DNA of 49,487 nt. It comes from Octopus bimaculoides. Taxonomy: Eukaryota. Under the pieces are notes generated by a model, which worked only from the letters and a program-made list of their open reading frames with translations, searched no databases and had not been told where the DNA came from. Numbering within the stretch: the stretch's first letter is position 1; every line of letters begins with the position of its first letter. The stretch spans positions 17,640,290 to 17,689,776 of the forward strand of contig NC_068998.1 in assembly GCF_001194135.2 (NCBI RefSeq). The letters are read 5' to 3'. This document shows, in pieces, positions 11,618 to 23,909 of the stretch. A program made the position numbers and the translations under genes.

Positions 11618-13566
11618 CAATTATAATCAATCTTCTAATATTATATTTATATTTATTGTATAATTATATTTAATGTTCTAACATTATATTTAATGTTCTA
11701 TTAATATGAAGGTGGTGGGGATGTCTGTAAAATATAGGTGTTGGTTTCTGAATTTTTGTGAAATCATATGAAAATTCCACGCTAAAATATGCTTCAGAAC
11801 CGCTGGTAACAGTCCGGTAGATTATAGCAACAGTCCAGTAGATTATAGAGTTCAAATATTTCCCATGAGTCTTATTTAACGAAGAATGAGATAAACTAAC
11901 CTAGGTGATGTAATTTATGCGAAGATGGTTATATTTTCTTTTGAAGAAATTATAGGAAAATACTTTTCTAAACACCTTCATTCCCAACAGTTCTCTGGAT
12001 GAAACTACTTCTTCAAAGTAGTCTGTGTTTGGCAAAAATAAAGAGAGGCTGGAACTCTCTTGATCAACCCGTCTGTTTAATCAGGGCTGAATTGGAGGTA
12101 AAACAACAACAATAACAAGGGGACCTCTAAATTAATGGTCCCTAACCTTTTCTATGCCTCACAAATATTTCATTTATTTTTGTATCCCCTACAAAAGTGA
12201 TATCCCATATAAAGATTTAAAAGCCATTTTTTTTAGTAACTAAATTATTTCTTTTTTTTTATAAATTGAACTACATATAGTATTGTGGACGGACACATTG
12301 AACTTCAAAAATAAATTCGCAAAATGCGAATATAAATTGAGCAATTAGAAACAGTGAATTATACACAGTGAAATCAATCACAATTGTGAAAATAAAATTC
12401 GAAGACTTCCGACTTCTCATTCGTAACTTTATCAAAACGTAGCACTTTCTTTCTGATTGCAATGTGTACGTTTGCTCGTGAATTCAGGCAATTTGTCTCG
12501 ATGGACAAAAGAACTGAATCCAAACTCGCATAAGTGTGTTGTTGCAAATGGAATGAAGACACTGTTCTTAGTTATAACCTGTTAAGGGTTAAAGCTACAC
12601 GAGTAGAATAACAACGTCCTTGGTGCGCTTGGTTGAAAAAGTCATTTGCAAGAGCTTTGTTCTGAAAGTTGATTTAAATAAAATATATACTTCTTTTGTC
12701 GAACCTCAAAATGCTTCCTCGCACTACCAGGAAATGCAGATACTCTACGTTGGGAAACTAGCTCTAAGTAGTTGCTCGACCTCTTTGAAATTGCTGCCAA
12801 ATCACCCACAAATCATACTGTATCGTCTTAAATAATGCATACAGTGAACAATGTAATCCCTGATATTATAGAAGATGAGATGGTCACAAATGGAACACCT
12901 TTGACCATATGACTGTTTTATCACGGTTGACAACAGTAACAACTACCTAAACTGCAGTTAAACTCTTACACCCTTGAAACTACCAAAGCCTATGTAGCAG
13001 CGAAGACTTACTGTGGACCCTGAAGCATATTCAATGACTTCTAATCTGATTACCAGTTGTATAAATAAGGAAGACTAAATACTGGGACCAGATTAGGTTG
13101 ACAAACAAGCCATTTGTTCCATTTGTTTTTCATTCTGTTTTAAAAGGATATTTTTGATCGCAGTCAACAGCTGCTGAGTTTATATTTGTCTGCTTGATCG
13201 GAAATCTTGTTAGCTCCTTAAGAGAGAGAAAAATATAACGATTCAAATACCCTTTTAAAACATAGCTTGGGTCACCCTAAAGATATATTATAAATCCTTT
13301 TAATTACGATTATAAATCCATCTGGTTTTGTTCACAAAACAAAAGAAAAGAGAGAAAAACAGAAAGAAGTTGCTTTATGTACTGTTATACATTCATTGAC
13401 TTATGTTTGAAAACTTTTGCGAATATATTTCACATATCCACACCACCGTCACCATTTTCTGTGCCTCTCCTTTTTCATCATCCTACAACCACCATAACCA
13501 CCACCACCACCACCACCACCACTGCTACTACTACTACTACTAATAATAATAATAATAAGGATAATG

Positions 13567-13600
<34 letters not shown>

Positions 13601-13677
13601 TGATAATAATAATTACAGCTGTTGCAGTAGCAGCGGCGTTGTTTTTACTACTAATTCGTTATTAATAGAAATACGAC

Positions 13678-13732
<55 letters not shown>

Positions 13733-13819
13733 CGCGTGTGTGCGTGTGTGTGTGCGCGCGCGCGCGAATGTAAATTACTATGTCAGGTCTATTATGTTTA
13801 AATTTTATTAAGGTTTTCA

Positions 13820-14810
13820 TTGGAACTCCTTTTTATTATGAGTGGCTATGGCTTCTACCATACTGTGGGTTCTTATTTCTTTGTGCTAGGGGTTATCCTT
13901 CCGACGGATCTCATTACAGAGTATCTTAGCTACAACATCACATCTCATCGGTAGATAATACCGTGATGACATTTTCGGACAGCTGCTTCTGGTGTGGGTG
14001 ATATCTTCGGTGTTAACAAAGTCTGCATCGGTTGTCACATTTTGCTGCTTTTCCTGCATCTCTGTCTATTTTGTGCATCAGGTGTTCGGTTGATATTTCC
14101 TGCTCCTGGATTGCAAACGCATACGCTTCAAAGTGGGAGGTAGTAATCCGATTGTTGATCCATGATAAACTGCTTTGATGATCAGTATTACTATCATCCT
14201 AGAGCTTTCTACCAACATATCCATCTTCTGCTGATATGCGCTCATCCTTCCATCTGATGATATATTGCGGTAGAGTCGTGCGACTTCTTTGGGTATGTAT
14301 TTAAGGTTATCAGACAAGGAATACTGCTCAAGGAGCTGCTTCCCAAGTCTCATGATATTATCAGCCTCATATGTATATAATTGGTCAAGGGATACACTTC
14401 GGCACTTGATGTTTAAAAGATGTTGCTGAAGAGATATGATATGACATTCAGAAGCAGTCTGGGTTGATTTTAAACCTCTTCCTCCTTGTTTTCGTTTCAG
14501 GGGGAAGCAGTCTACGTCACTGCTGATGTGGAAATTATGTGTGCTGGTTAATACCGTTGGGTTTTCACATCTATGACTCGGATCTTATCAAGCGTTCAAT
14601 CATGTAGCCCAAATGTTGGTGTGTGTACTGGTACTGCAAACACATTATGGGCCACTGTTTTATTGAACGCCGAAAGTTCCGAGGTTCATATTTTCCTTAT
14701 TCGGCTGTAATATTCTTCGGTGAAACGTGTTTTGTTACAGGTGCCATCGTAAGATATGTTTCTATCCACCCCCAAGATACCTGTAACATTCCTCGTCAGA
14801 TAAGGGTAAA
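13820..14810 (-). mobile_element. R4/Dong-like RLE retrotransposon fragment
   Basis: Reverse frames give ILGVDRNISYDG..NKTRFTEEYYSRIRKI and a CRLC...DI.H-type knuckle. Positions 13830-14030 are near-identical to 25800-26020. Confidence 0.75.
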
Positions 14811-15142
14811 CAGTTAAGTCATTAGTGAAGATGTTGTTAGTCTTAGTCTGTTTTTCAGTTTTCCCTCTTTTCACAACCGTATAACAAAAAGCAAAATTTA
14901 TCATGGATGGATGGGTGGATGGGTGGATGGGTGGATGGATGGATATAGGTGTATGTATGTATGTATGAACATGCACATAAGATATATGTATGTAAACGCA
15001 TATTCATATACTAATGCCGGTGAATATGCACATATAAACATATATTCAAATATAAGTATGCTTATAAATATACATAAATACATACACACACACACGCACG
15101 CACGCACAGACGCGCGCGCGCATATAGTATATGTACTAACAA

Positions 15143-15565
15143 GGCGGCGAGCTGGCAGAAACGTTAGCACGCCGGGTGAAATGCTTAGCGGTATTTCGTC
15201 GGTCGTTACGTTCTGAGTTCAATCAAATTCCGCCGAGGTCGACTTTGCCTTTCATCCTTTCGGGGTCGATAAATTAAGTACAGTTACACACTGGGATAGA
15301 TGTAATCCGTTTGTCTGTCCTTGTTTGTCCCCTCTACGTTTAGCCCCTTGTGGGCAATAAAGAAATGAGAAACGTTAGCAAACCGGGCGAAATGCTTAGC
15401 GGTATTTCGTCTGTCTTTATGTTCTGAGTTCAAATTCTGCCGAGGTCGACTTTGCTTTTCATCCTTTCCGTGTCGTTAAATTAAGCACCAGTTGCGTACT
15501 GAGGTCGATCTAATCGACTGGCCCCTCCCTAAAAATTTTGGGCCTTGTGCCGAGAGTAGAAAAGA
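15143..15565 (+). mobile_element. Tandem pair of SINE family A copies with different tails
   Basis: 15143-15365 ends GGGCAATAAAGAAAT. A second, head-truncated copy starts immediately and ends GGCCTTGTGCCGAGAGTAGAAAAG, followed by (CA)n. Confidence 0.9.
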
Positions 15566-15674
<109 letters not shown>

Positions 15675-16089
15675 ATCTATATATATACATATATGTAGGT
15701 AGGTATATATATGTGTGACGTGTGTGTGTGTGCGTGTGGGCGTGTGTACATGTACACATCGTGATGCAAGTATAAGTATTTTATGTACACGTAGCTAAAA
15801 ACCCTTTATGCATACACAAATATAAATACTCAACAAAATACCGTGAAGCACGTAGGTACAGAAAAAATATACTGAATATACATACACTAATATGGGATGG
15901 TTTTGACGAATGCATATACATCGTTCACATGAACACAAAAAGTGACACAAAGTAACCGGTTGATAGACAAACATTCAAGTATATGTAAGTAAATTTCACA
16001 ATTGATGTAAAAGACTAGAGACTTCTATCTTATATTTTAATATTAATACAAGAAAGTGAAGCTTGCTTTTCTCATTGAAAAATTATGCG

Positions 16090-17900
16090 AAACTTGAAGT
16101 ATTGCTCAACAAACTTGAACAAGCCTGAGCAAAAAGCACCCCAGGAGGTGATTGCGTTTCGTATAAGGTATATAACTACAGCGATCGTTTCCGAAAGAAG
16201 CTTTTCATCTTGCTCCGACAACTTTGGCATGAAGAGGTTCTAGTGGATGATTGGTGTACAGCAGAAGGTATATACCTGCCAAAGGAAGCCAATGCAGAGA
16301 CTATAAATCAATTCAGACCATATCCTTATTGAATGTGAATGGCAAGATTTATATGGGGATTCTTTCAAAAAGAACAATGACATACCTTCGGCGTAATGAC
16401 TATGCGGATTAATCTGTTCAAAAGATTGGAATCCTCGGGATTCCTGGGTGTGTTGAACATTCCTTTTCAATTTAGAAGGTAATCCAGGATGTCAAACAAA
16501 ACGAGATTGAAGTAGTTGTATGTTTACAAGGGGGAGACTGATGACGAACAAAGACTCAGAAACATGTCTCTGATGACGAACAAAGACTCAGAAACATGTC
16601 TCTGATGACGAACAAAGACTCAGAAACATGTCACAGGAAATGTGTCAAGGCCGACAGGAAGCGGTGCAGCTTCCTAGGTCTAACCAACAGTAGTATTATT
16701 CCCTTCAGGGGAATGTCGCANNNNNNNNNNCTTCCTAGGTCTAACCAACAGTAGTATTATTCCCTTCAGGGGAATGTCGCATTAAGTTGACAGCATACAA
16801 CTACTTCATCGTATCACTACTGCATAAATCTCTCTGAGAGATTTAGATATGTATTATTTCTAAAAAAAAAAAAAAAACAAGATTGATCTAACTAATGCAT
16901 ATGGCTCAGTACCACATGAATTGCTGATGAGAGCTACGGGCCACTTCCACATTCTAGAGAAGGTAACAAAATTAATGAAGAAATACCATGACAGTATCGA
17001 GATGAGATTTACATCTGGCAACTTCACAAGAGACTGGCACTGCTTGAAGATTGGTGTTGCTGGTAGCTGCACAATATCTTTCATGTGGTTTATTCTTGTC
17101 ATAGAGATACTTTTAAAAGCAATAGACTTTCAGAACAAATGGTTCAGATACAATCACCTAAGAAGGCATTCATGGATAGACCTGACTCTTCTATCTATAG
17201 ATGAGTAAACCATTCAGAATGCTCTCACAAGGCTAGACGGGCTGATAAAGTGGTCAAGGATGTGATTCAGAGCAAAAAAGTTATGTAGCTTGACATTTGT
17301 TAGACGTGTACAGAAAGAAGTGAAATTTAAAATAGCAAGTATATCAACAGTCAAAGAAGAACCTATTAAAAGCCTGGGTCATGCATACCCTAGAATATTT
17401 TCAGATAGAAGCTGAGGATGGACTAAAGACAGTTGATGGTTCAAGCTATCTAGTAATCACTACCTTAGGAAGTGCGGAATATTTGCGGTACCAGAATTGA
17501 GTTGCAAGTTCATACGAACTTATCAAATTCATTAGTATGTAAGCTATATAGCTATATTAAGCAACTGTTTGGTCTCAACAGACTAAATCTTTTTTTCCCG
17601 TGGGTATTTAGGGACTTCGTCACTGAACGGTTAGAGATTTGATAGCAGGCAAAATTTCGCTCGCAGGCAGAAAGGTTTCTACCTAAACAAAGAAAACTGT
17701 AGGTGGTGTTGCTCTCTTCCAGTTGTTATAACTCAAATTTTAATGTCATTGACTCTGAACAAAGAAAAAGAAAAAATTAAACCAATTACTTGAGAGCCAA
17801 GCCTCAGGCTTGGCACTTTAGCAACGACCTTGATCTTTCGAACAACCCAGACTTGTTAAAGTATACATTAATGGCTTCTTGCGAGCAGACACGTTAAAAT
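16090..17900 (+). mobile_element. HERO-like RLE non-LTR retrotransposon RT fragment, interrupted by an insert at about 16525-16876
   Basis: YLPKEANAETINQFRP.SLLNVNGKIYMGILSKR...SVQKIG..GIPGCVEH (frameshifted). After the insert it resumes DLTNAYGSVPHELL...MRFTSGNFTRDWHCLKIGV.GSCTISFMWFIL. The clade call rests on recalled motifs. Confidence 0.75.
16538..16632 (+). ncRNA. Three head-to-tail 32-nt units, each resembling a minimal type I hammerhead ribozyme
   Basis: Unit CTGATGA-CGAACAAAGACTCA-GAAACATGTC-T starts at 16538, 16570 and 16602. It has CUGAUGA and GAAA cores, a palindromic ACAUGU helix III and a GUC triplet. Helix II is weak. The tandem repeat itself is certain; the ribozyme identity is inferred. 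Confidence 0.5.
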
Positions 17901-20618
17901 GTTTCGTAGAGGATTTTTCAAAGTACATTTGTTAATGACTTCTTAAAAGATTTGGTGAAAGTAGATTTGTTTAAAATAGGCTAGAGGTAATCTAACAGTG
18001 AGATAAGTTCACAATCTAGTTTTGATTCTTGGGGTGTGACCGTCATTGGAAAAGGTATGTACGCCACTCGGTGGGTTTCCTTCACCCAGTATCACTTTAA
18101 TATCACAGTAGTGATTGCTATAATTGACAGATAAGCTTCCAGCATCCTGGATCAGATTCGTGACTTGGCGTTTATTTCTGGTTGCAATAATTTAGCTTCA
18201 CTTATGTTGCTAATTGAAAACTATTTTTACAAAAGATAGAATCCGGGAACTGATTTGTCTGATAGATTCAATTATTTGGAGAACATTCTTTTATTGTGAC
18301 TCTTCTATATTGAAATACCTTTGAATAACTATTTTTGTTGCTGTCGTTCACAATCACGTAACTGCTTTGCTTTTTAATTATCTTTTCAAACAACATTCAA
18401 CTGTGTGGGATGTGATGGTTCACATGATGACAGGATAAAAGCTTAAAGCCATGTGAAGAATTTCAATTGAGAGCGGAGACAGAATGAATACACAATAGCT
18501 GTGAATATGAAAATGCTTGTTATCTGGTTTTTGTTTCGTGTCTGTTTTTTTTTTTCTTTTCTGTATAGGTTTACTTTTGTCCATAAGTGGAGGAACGGAA
18601 ATAGAGAGCAGTATCATTTGAGCTAAAAAAAAATTTTTTAATGAAGATAAATTGATAGTTTTTCATAGAAAAGTGTATTTTAAAACCTTTAAGGTTCAGA
18701 ACTACATTGTTATTCACAAATAGTTTCCTGCTTTGAATATATTTTGCCTCATTCCAATAGACAATACAATCGAGAGGACACTGACCCAGAATAACTTATT
18801 ACAGTACTTAACTTCGTATTATTAAGCTTCCAGGTACACTCCCACAAAGATCCTATCATTTAACTGTCATCGGATATTTTCCCCCTTTCAACATCCGTAG
18901 CATAGATAATATACTATAGTGGAAAATTGATTTCATACCATTGTTAAAAATATTGGCCCGGTATCTATGTAAGAAGGTAATATTTCAGACATCGTTACTG
19001 ACAGATCAACGATATTGTATTCCCTCACAAGTGATACATAGACAAGACACTAACTTTCATACTACTTAATCTAGCCCTCTCATCAACCAATATCTCAACG
19101 AGCATCGGGAATAGAAACGTGTCATTACTGCAAGAAACAGAAGCATTGTATATTTATGCGTCGTAACGACGCTGACAAAAGTAGCTTTGTTTCCTTCTCA
19201 GCAGAATTTATCAAAGAGTATTAGATTTGGGCAAGTTCAGGAATTATATCTCGTAAAGTAGAATTTGATTAGTTGGAGTCAGTGATCAGTCGTGGGTGAG
19301 GTTTACTAGTTGGCTGATCACTATGCATTGAAGTGCTAAGAGAGTGAAAAGAAAAGGAAAACCAAAAAAGGGACCAGTCTTAACGATAGCTGAGAGTGAC
19401 AAAGTTATCAACTCCTACGGAACATAATATTCTCTTAATTCATGAACCAAAAATCTGTCTAACTGTAAGTCCTTGAGTATGTCTCATTCCTCATTTATTA
19501 TGAAGTACTTTTTTTTCCTTATTTTCCCCTAATGAGTGGCTGATGGAGAATATAGACGCAAGCGTGGATATATGATTGAGAAGCTCGCTTTACAACCACA
19601 TAGTTCGGGTTCGGTCTCAATGCGCAGCACCGTGAGCACGTGTCTTCTACTATATCTACGGGGCAACCAATGCCCTGTGAGAGAACTTGGTAGATGGAAA
19701 CTGGTTAGAAACCTGTAGTGTGTGTGTGTGGGTGGGGTTACAATGAAGAACACAAAAATCTAGTCGAGATTTTAAATGCAAAAATATTTATTTTTATCGT
19801 CAACAAAATAAATGTTTTTTGTTGTTCATAGTATCTGTGTCATGAACGACAAACTGTATCGAGACTATGGACGACAAAGAAATGATGTTTACAACAAGAT
19901 TATTCGAAGGTCATATAAGATGTTGGATTAGATATGATAATAGTCGCCATCGTAAGTTTCTTGAAGTTAGCGGGTCTTAGGGTGTCGCTGCCGTACCATT
20001 GTGCTGATGTTGTGACATCACTCTGGTCTGCTGCTGGTTCACTGCTACTGCCTGGTGTCTCTTTCTGCCGTCTGCTGTGTAGTGGCTAAAATGCACTGAA
20101 TATGTATATATATATATATATATATNNNNNNNNNNNNNNNNNNNNNNNNNNNNNNNNNNNNNNNNNNNNNNNNNNNNNNNNNNNNNNNNNNNNNNNNNNN
20201 NNNNNNNNNNNNNNNNNNNNNNNNNNNNNNNNNNNNNNNNNNNNNNNNNNNNNNNNNNNNNNNNNNNNNNNNNNNNNNNNNNNNNNNNNNNNNNNNNNNN
20301 NNNNNNNNNNNNNNNNNNNNNNNNNNNNNNNNNNNNNNNNNNNNNNNNNNNNNNNNNNNNNNNNNNNNNNNNNNNNNNNNNNNNNCCAACATCGTTTGAC
20401 AATTGCTGTTGATTTGTTTACGTACTCGTAGTTTAGTAGTTCGGCAAAAAAAGATAGAATACCAACTAAACTTTAAAGAAATAAGTACGATTTGCACGAC
20501 TAAAACCCTTCAAAACGGTGCCCCTATATACCCGCAGCCCAATGAGTGAAAGAAGTAAAAAACAAATAAAACAGCTTAATGATAGTCAAGAACGTTATTC
20601 AACAATCAAATATGAACA

Positions 20619-20658
<40 letters not shown>

Positions 20659-20699
20659 CTTTCTCTTTAATTTTAGAGGAAATTTTGACCGGCCACCTG

Positions 20700-21075
20700 T
20701 TTGGTAGCAAGGTTGTGAAGGAAAGTATCTTCTTTTAACCATCATCTTTTAAATCATAAAGTCTTACAGGTTTTTACAGTCCTAGATATCGAGATCATTT
20801 GTAGCATATGAATTAAGGATTTGCATTCTCTTCCAAATATCTCAAGGTCAGCCATACTTTGCGCCAGACAGGTTGGTATGTATCCTGTTGTTCCAATATT
20901 GATAGGTTTGGAAGAGTATCTTGGATACTGGATTTGCAAAGTCCTTATCAAATGTCTATAGATGTCCCCTTTCTCTTGTATTTTTCTCACCACATTCGTA
21001 TTCAGAGGACAGCTGATTTCCACAACAGGACATATCCTTTCTTTCTGGTCCCACACAACGATATCTGACCGGTTG
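20700..21075 (-). mobile_element. R4/Dong-like RLE domain fragment (3' end of ORF)
   Basis: ICPVVEISCPLNTNVVRKIQEKGDIYRHLIRTLQ...PINIGTTGYIP matches the E...K..Y...P..IG..G pattern at the end of RLE ORFs. Confidence 0.75.
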
Positions 21076-21367
21076 TGTTTTAACTTGGTGGTCGTTCTCG
21101 TTTGTAGGTATTTTCTTTTTTGTTATCGTGTTCCAGATCGCTCTGCCTCTAAAGTATACTAAACGTTTTTTATAAGCAGTGCTTCTTACATTATTTTGTT
21201 AAGGTTGTTTCAACAGATATTCCATAGAAATTATAGCCAGCGCTGACTTTTGCTACAACGTTTCGTTTCGAGACGTCCATATTTCAGGAGTTGCTGCCCT
21301 TCCATTAGCACCCATCTAACCCATTCTCGCCTCTGAACACATTGCTTATATAGCCACCACATAGAGC

Positions 21368-21570
21368 GGTGTTAAATTATTGGATAAACCAATTTACATA
21401 TTAAACGCATTCTTGGAACTTGTATTTAGACATTAATGATTTATAGGTACGTGGTACTTCGTTATGCAAACATAATGCACTATAAAGTATGCTAAATGTT
21501 TTTATAAGTCAGTACCACGCTCCAGGAATGTGCTTAATATGTAAATTGGTATATCCAATAACTTAACACC
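21368..21570. repeat. Imperfect inverted repeat, 52-bp arms
   Basis: Positions 21368-21419 match the reverse complement of 21519-21570 with 6 mismatches. Confidence 0.85.
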
Positions 21571-21755
21571 ATCGCTTGACAACCGATATTAGTGTATTTA
21601 CGTCCCAGTAACTTAGCGGTTCGGCAAAAGAGACCGATAGAATAAGTACCAGGCTTACAAAAAATAAGCCCTAGGGTTGATTTCTCCGACTAAAAGGCGG
21701 TGCTCCAGCATGGCCGCAGTCAAATGACTGGATCAAATAAAAGAATAAAACAATA
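21565..21755 (+). mobile_element. 3' module of SINE family B
   Basis: CACCATCGCTTGACAACCG...ACTTAGCGGTTCGGCAAAAGAGACCGATAGAATAAGTACC...GGCGGTGCTCCAGCATGGCCGCAGTCAAATGACTG. Homologues at about 20390-20560, 43000-43170, 43190-43385 (-) and 45665-45800. Confidence 0.8.
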
Positions 21756-21756
21756 A

Positions 21757-21794
<38 letters not shown>

Positions 21795-21797
<3 letters not shown>

Positions 21798-22005
21798 CTT
21801 GTCTGGCTCCTTACCCTGCTCCCAGCCACGCTGTTGCACCTGCCCCTACCTCAGGCACCAATCACCGTCCCTATAACGTAACCGACTGCATCACCTGCTC
21901 TCTCTGTCCTTCCCTGTACATTGGTCAAATGGGACGCTTAGCTGACCAGTTCGCGAAGCACCTCCGAGACATCAGACTTGGCTACGACAATAAACCGGTT
22001 ACATC
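21795..22005 (+). mobile_element. Penelope-like element GIY-YIG endonuclease fragment
   Basis: Hand translation gives CSQPRCCTCPYL...CITCS(L)CPSLYIGQMGR.LADQFAKHLRDIRLGYDNKPV, matching the C..RC..C / C..C..LYIG.T.R.L..RF.EH pattern. Confidence 0.75.
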
Positions 22006-23301
22006 ATGGAAAATAAAACGTTTTCTTCAAGTGAATTAAAAATTAAAAATCAAAAATTTGGTTTGGAAAAAATACCAGAATGTGGAATTTGTGTTGACCA
22101 TCTCATTTTGGCAACAAATAAAATAGTGAAAATATATCGACTTATAGACAGATATCTTACACGTAAGGGTCATAAAAACCATCAACAGACAAAGTTACAC
22201 TAAATTATTTCTTTAAATAGATAACAAGTGATAAAGCTTAAGAAAAAAAAATAAAGGAAGAAAGAAAGAATAGAATAAGGGTGAGATGTGAAGCTAGATT
22301 AGGATAATATAGTGGAGACAAAATTTCAGGCGCCAAAAAAATATATTACTTTGAATGGTAAGGCAGAGAAGGCTAACATACATCGCCTGCCTTTTTTATT
22401 ATCCCCTAACCATCGTGCCATGCATCAGCTTTCATTTGACCTTTTCATCTACTCTTTCGCTCTTTGTTGGAAGTAATGCATTCCATTGATCAGAAGGTTC
22501 GTCTTCTCTCAGCACCTACTGCACAGAGGGCTCAGTATAATGCGGTTGATAAGGTGTATGTATGCACTGAAGCTGTGACATCTACAGAGACTTCTAGGTG
22601 GTGAGAAGGAGTGGCCGCCGCTTGCAAGGTACAACTCATGCCTTGACGAAGCTACAGTTCCGGGTAAAGCGAAGACTAAAATATAGGTACCTGGCATCGA
22701 AAATGTTGTACTCTCATTTTCTACTATTTTAGTAGCATACAAAAAGACCGCAAAACGGCTAATGGTCTGTCTGCTAAACTGCCATAGTATTTTCACTTTG
22801 TTATTTTCTGAGACAGGATGCAATTCATATGTGTACAACAGACCTTTTCCTTAAAACCGTTGAAAAGGATAGCTAGACATTGGTAGGGTAACTTTTATAT
22901 TTTGTCGAAGCTAGTGAACATTGTGATACAATGTGGTATATCGTTAGGAAAAATACATCACATAGGTGACATCTGCCATCTATATTGTAGGAATTGTGAA
23001 TATTTCTTGTAGTTTAAGTGGTGATGACATTGCTGTTCCTATACCGCGACATTCCTGTTCCTATACCGCGATTGGTACAGCTTCATTTTTAATTTTTTAA
23101 ACGGAGCATCCAGTTTATGGAATTGTTGGTCTGTAAAAGCATGCCTTCTTTATTAGATAATATTTGCTCATGGTGGTCAGGATGTTTATGGACAGGTGGA
23201 ATGTTATGATTGGCCCTAAGACATGATCCTCCCCTCTGAGGACCGACTGCGTCACATATTTGTATGCTGTACACTATCTTTATCTCATTTCTGTGTAACC
23301 C

Positions 23302-23355
<54 letters not shown>

Positions 23356-23424
23356 ACACACAATTTTTTACCTTGTCTATGTAATATACCTGTCGTCCCT
23401 CAACCTACCAGCAAACAAATGAAT

Positions 23425-23760
23425 TACCGCCAAGGTCGATTTTGCCTTTTATCTTTTCGAGATCGATAAATTAAGTACCAGTTGAGCACTGGGGCCGATG
23501 TATTCCCCTAGCCCGTCCCGCCAGAAGTTTCAGCACCTGTGTCTATAGTAGAAAGGATTATTATTAGACGAGTAGTAAGTTGGCAGAATTGGAAAAGCGT
23601 CGGACAAAATGCTTTGTGGTGTTTGTTCTGTCTCTTTACGTTCCGTGTTCAAATCTCAACAACTCAATAAAATACCTGCCGAGTATTGAGGTCAATAGAA
23701 TCGACAAATTCCTCCCCAACTTTTAGGGTTTTGTGCCTATATTAGAAACGAGCATTATTA
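23425..23760 (+). mobile_element. Two partial SINE family A copies
   Basis: 3' half at 23425-23545 and a degenerate copy at 23570-23755. Both end in (ATT)n. Confidence 0.8.
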
Positions 23761-23909
23761 TTATTGTCATCCATTCATTGATAAATTAAATTATTTGCTA
23801 TCTTTACTTCTAATGAATAAAATTATATCACCATTGAATTGTAATTTTGCAATAGACTTCAGTATTAAAGTAGTATGAAACCTATCTCTTTTCAAACTTC
23901 TAATTTCAG

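Noticed and set aside
12985-13040. Very degenerate hammerhead-like pattern (CGAAGA...GAAGCATATTC)
   Set aside because: Too many core substitutions and no convincing helices; not distinguishable from chance.
16538-16632. CRISPR-like 32-bp direct repeats
   Set aside because: The units are contiguous with no spacers, the context is eukaryotic, and there are no cas genes.
16672-16780. Direct repeat of about 50 bp around the 10-N gap
   Set aside because: Identical sequence on both sides of a scaffold gap is most likely an unmerged contig overlap.
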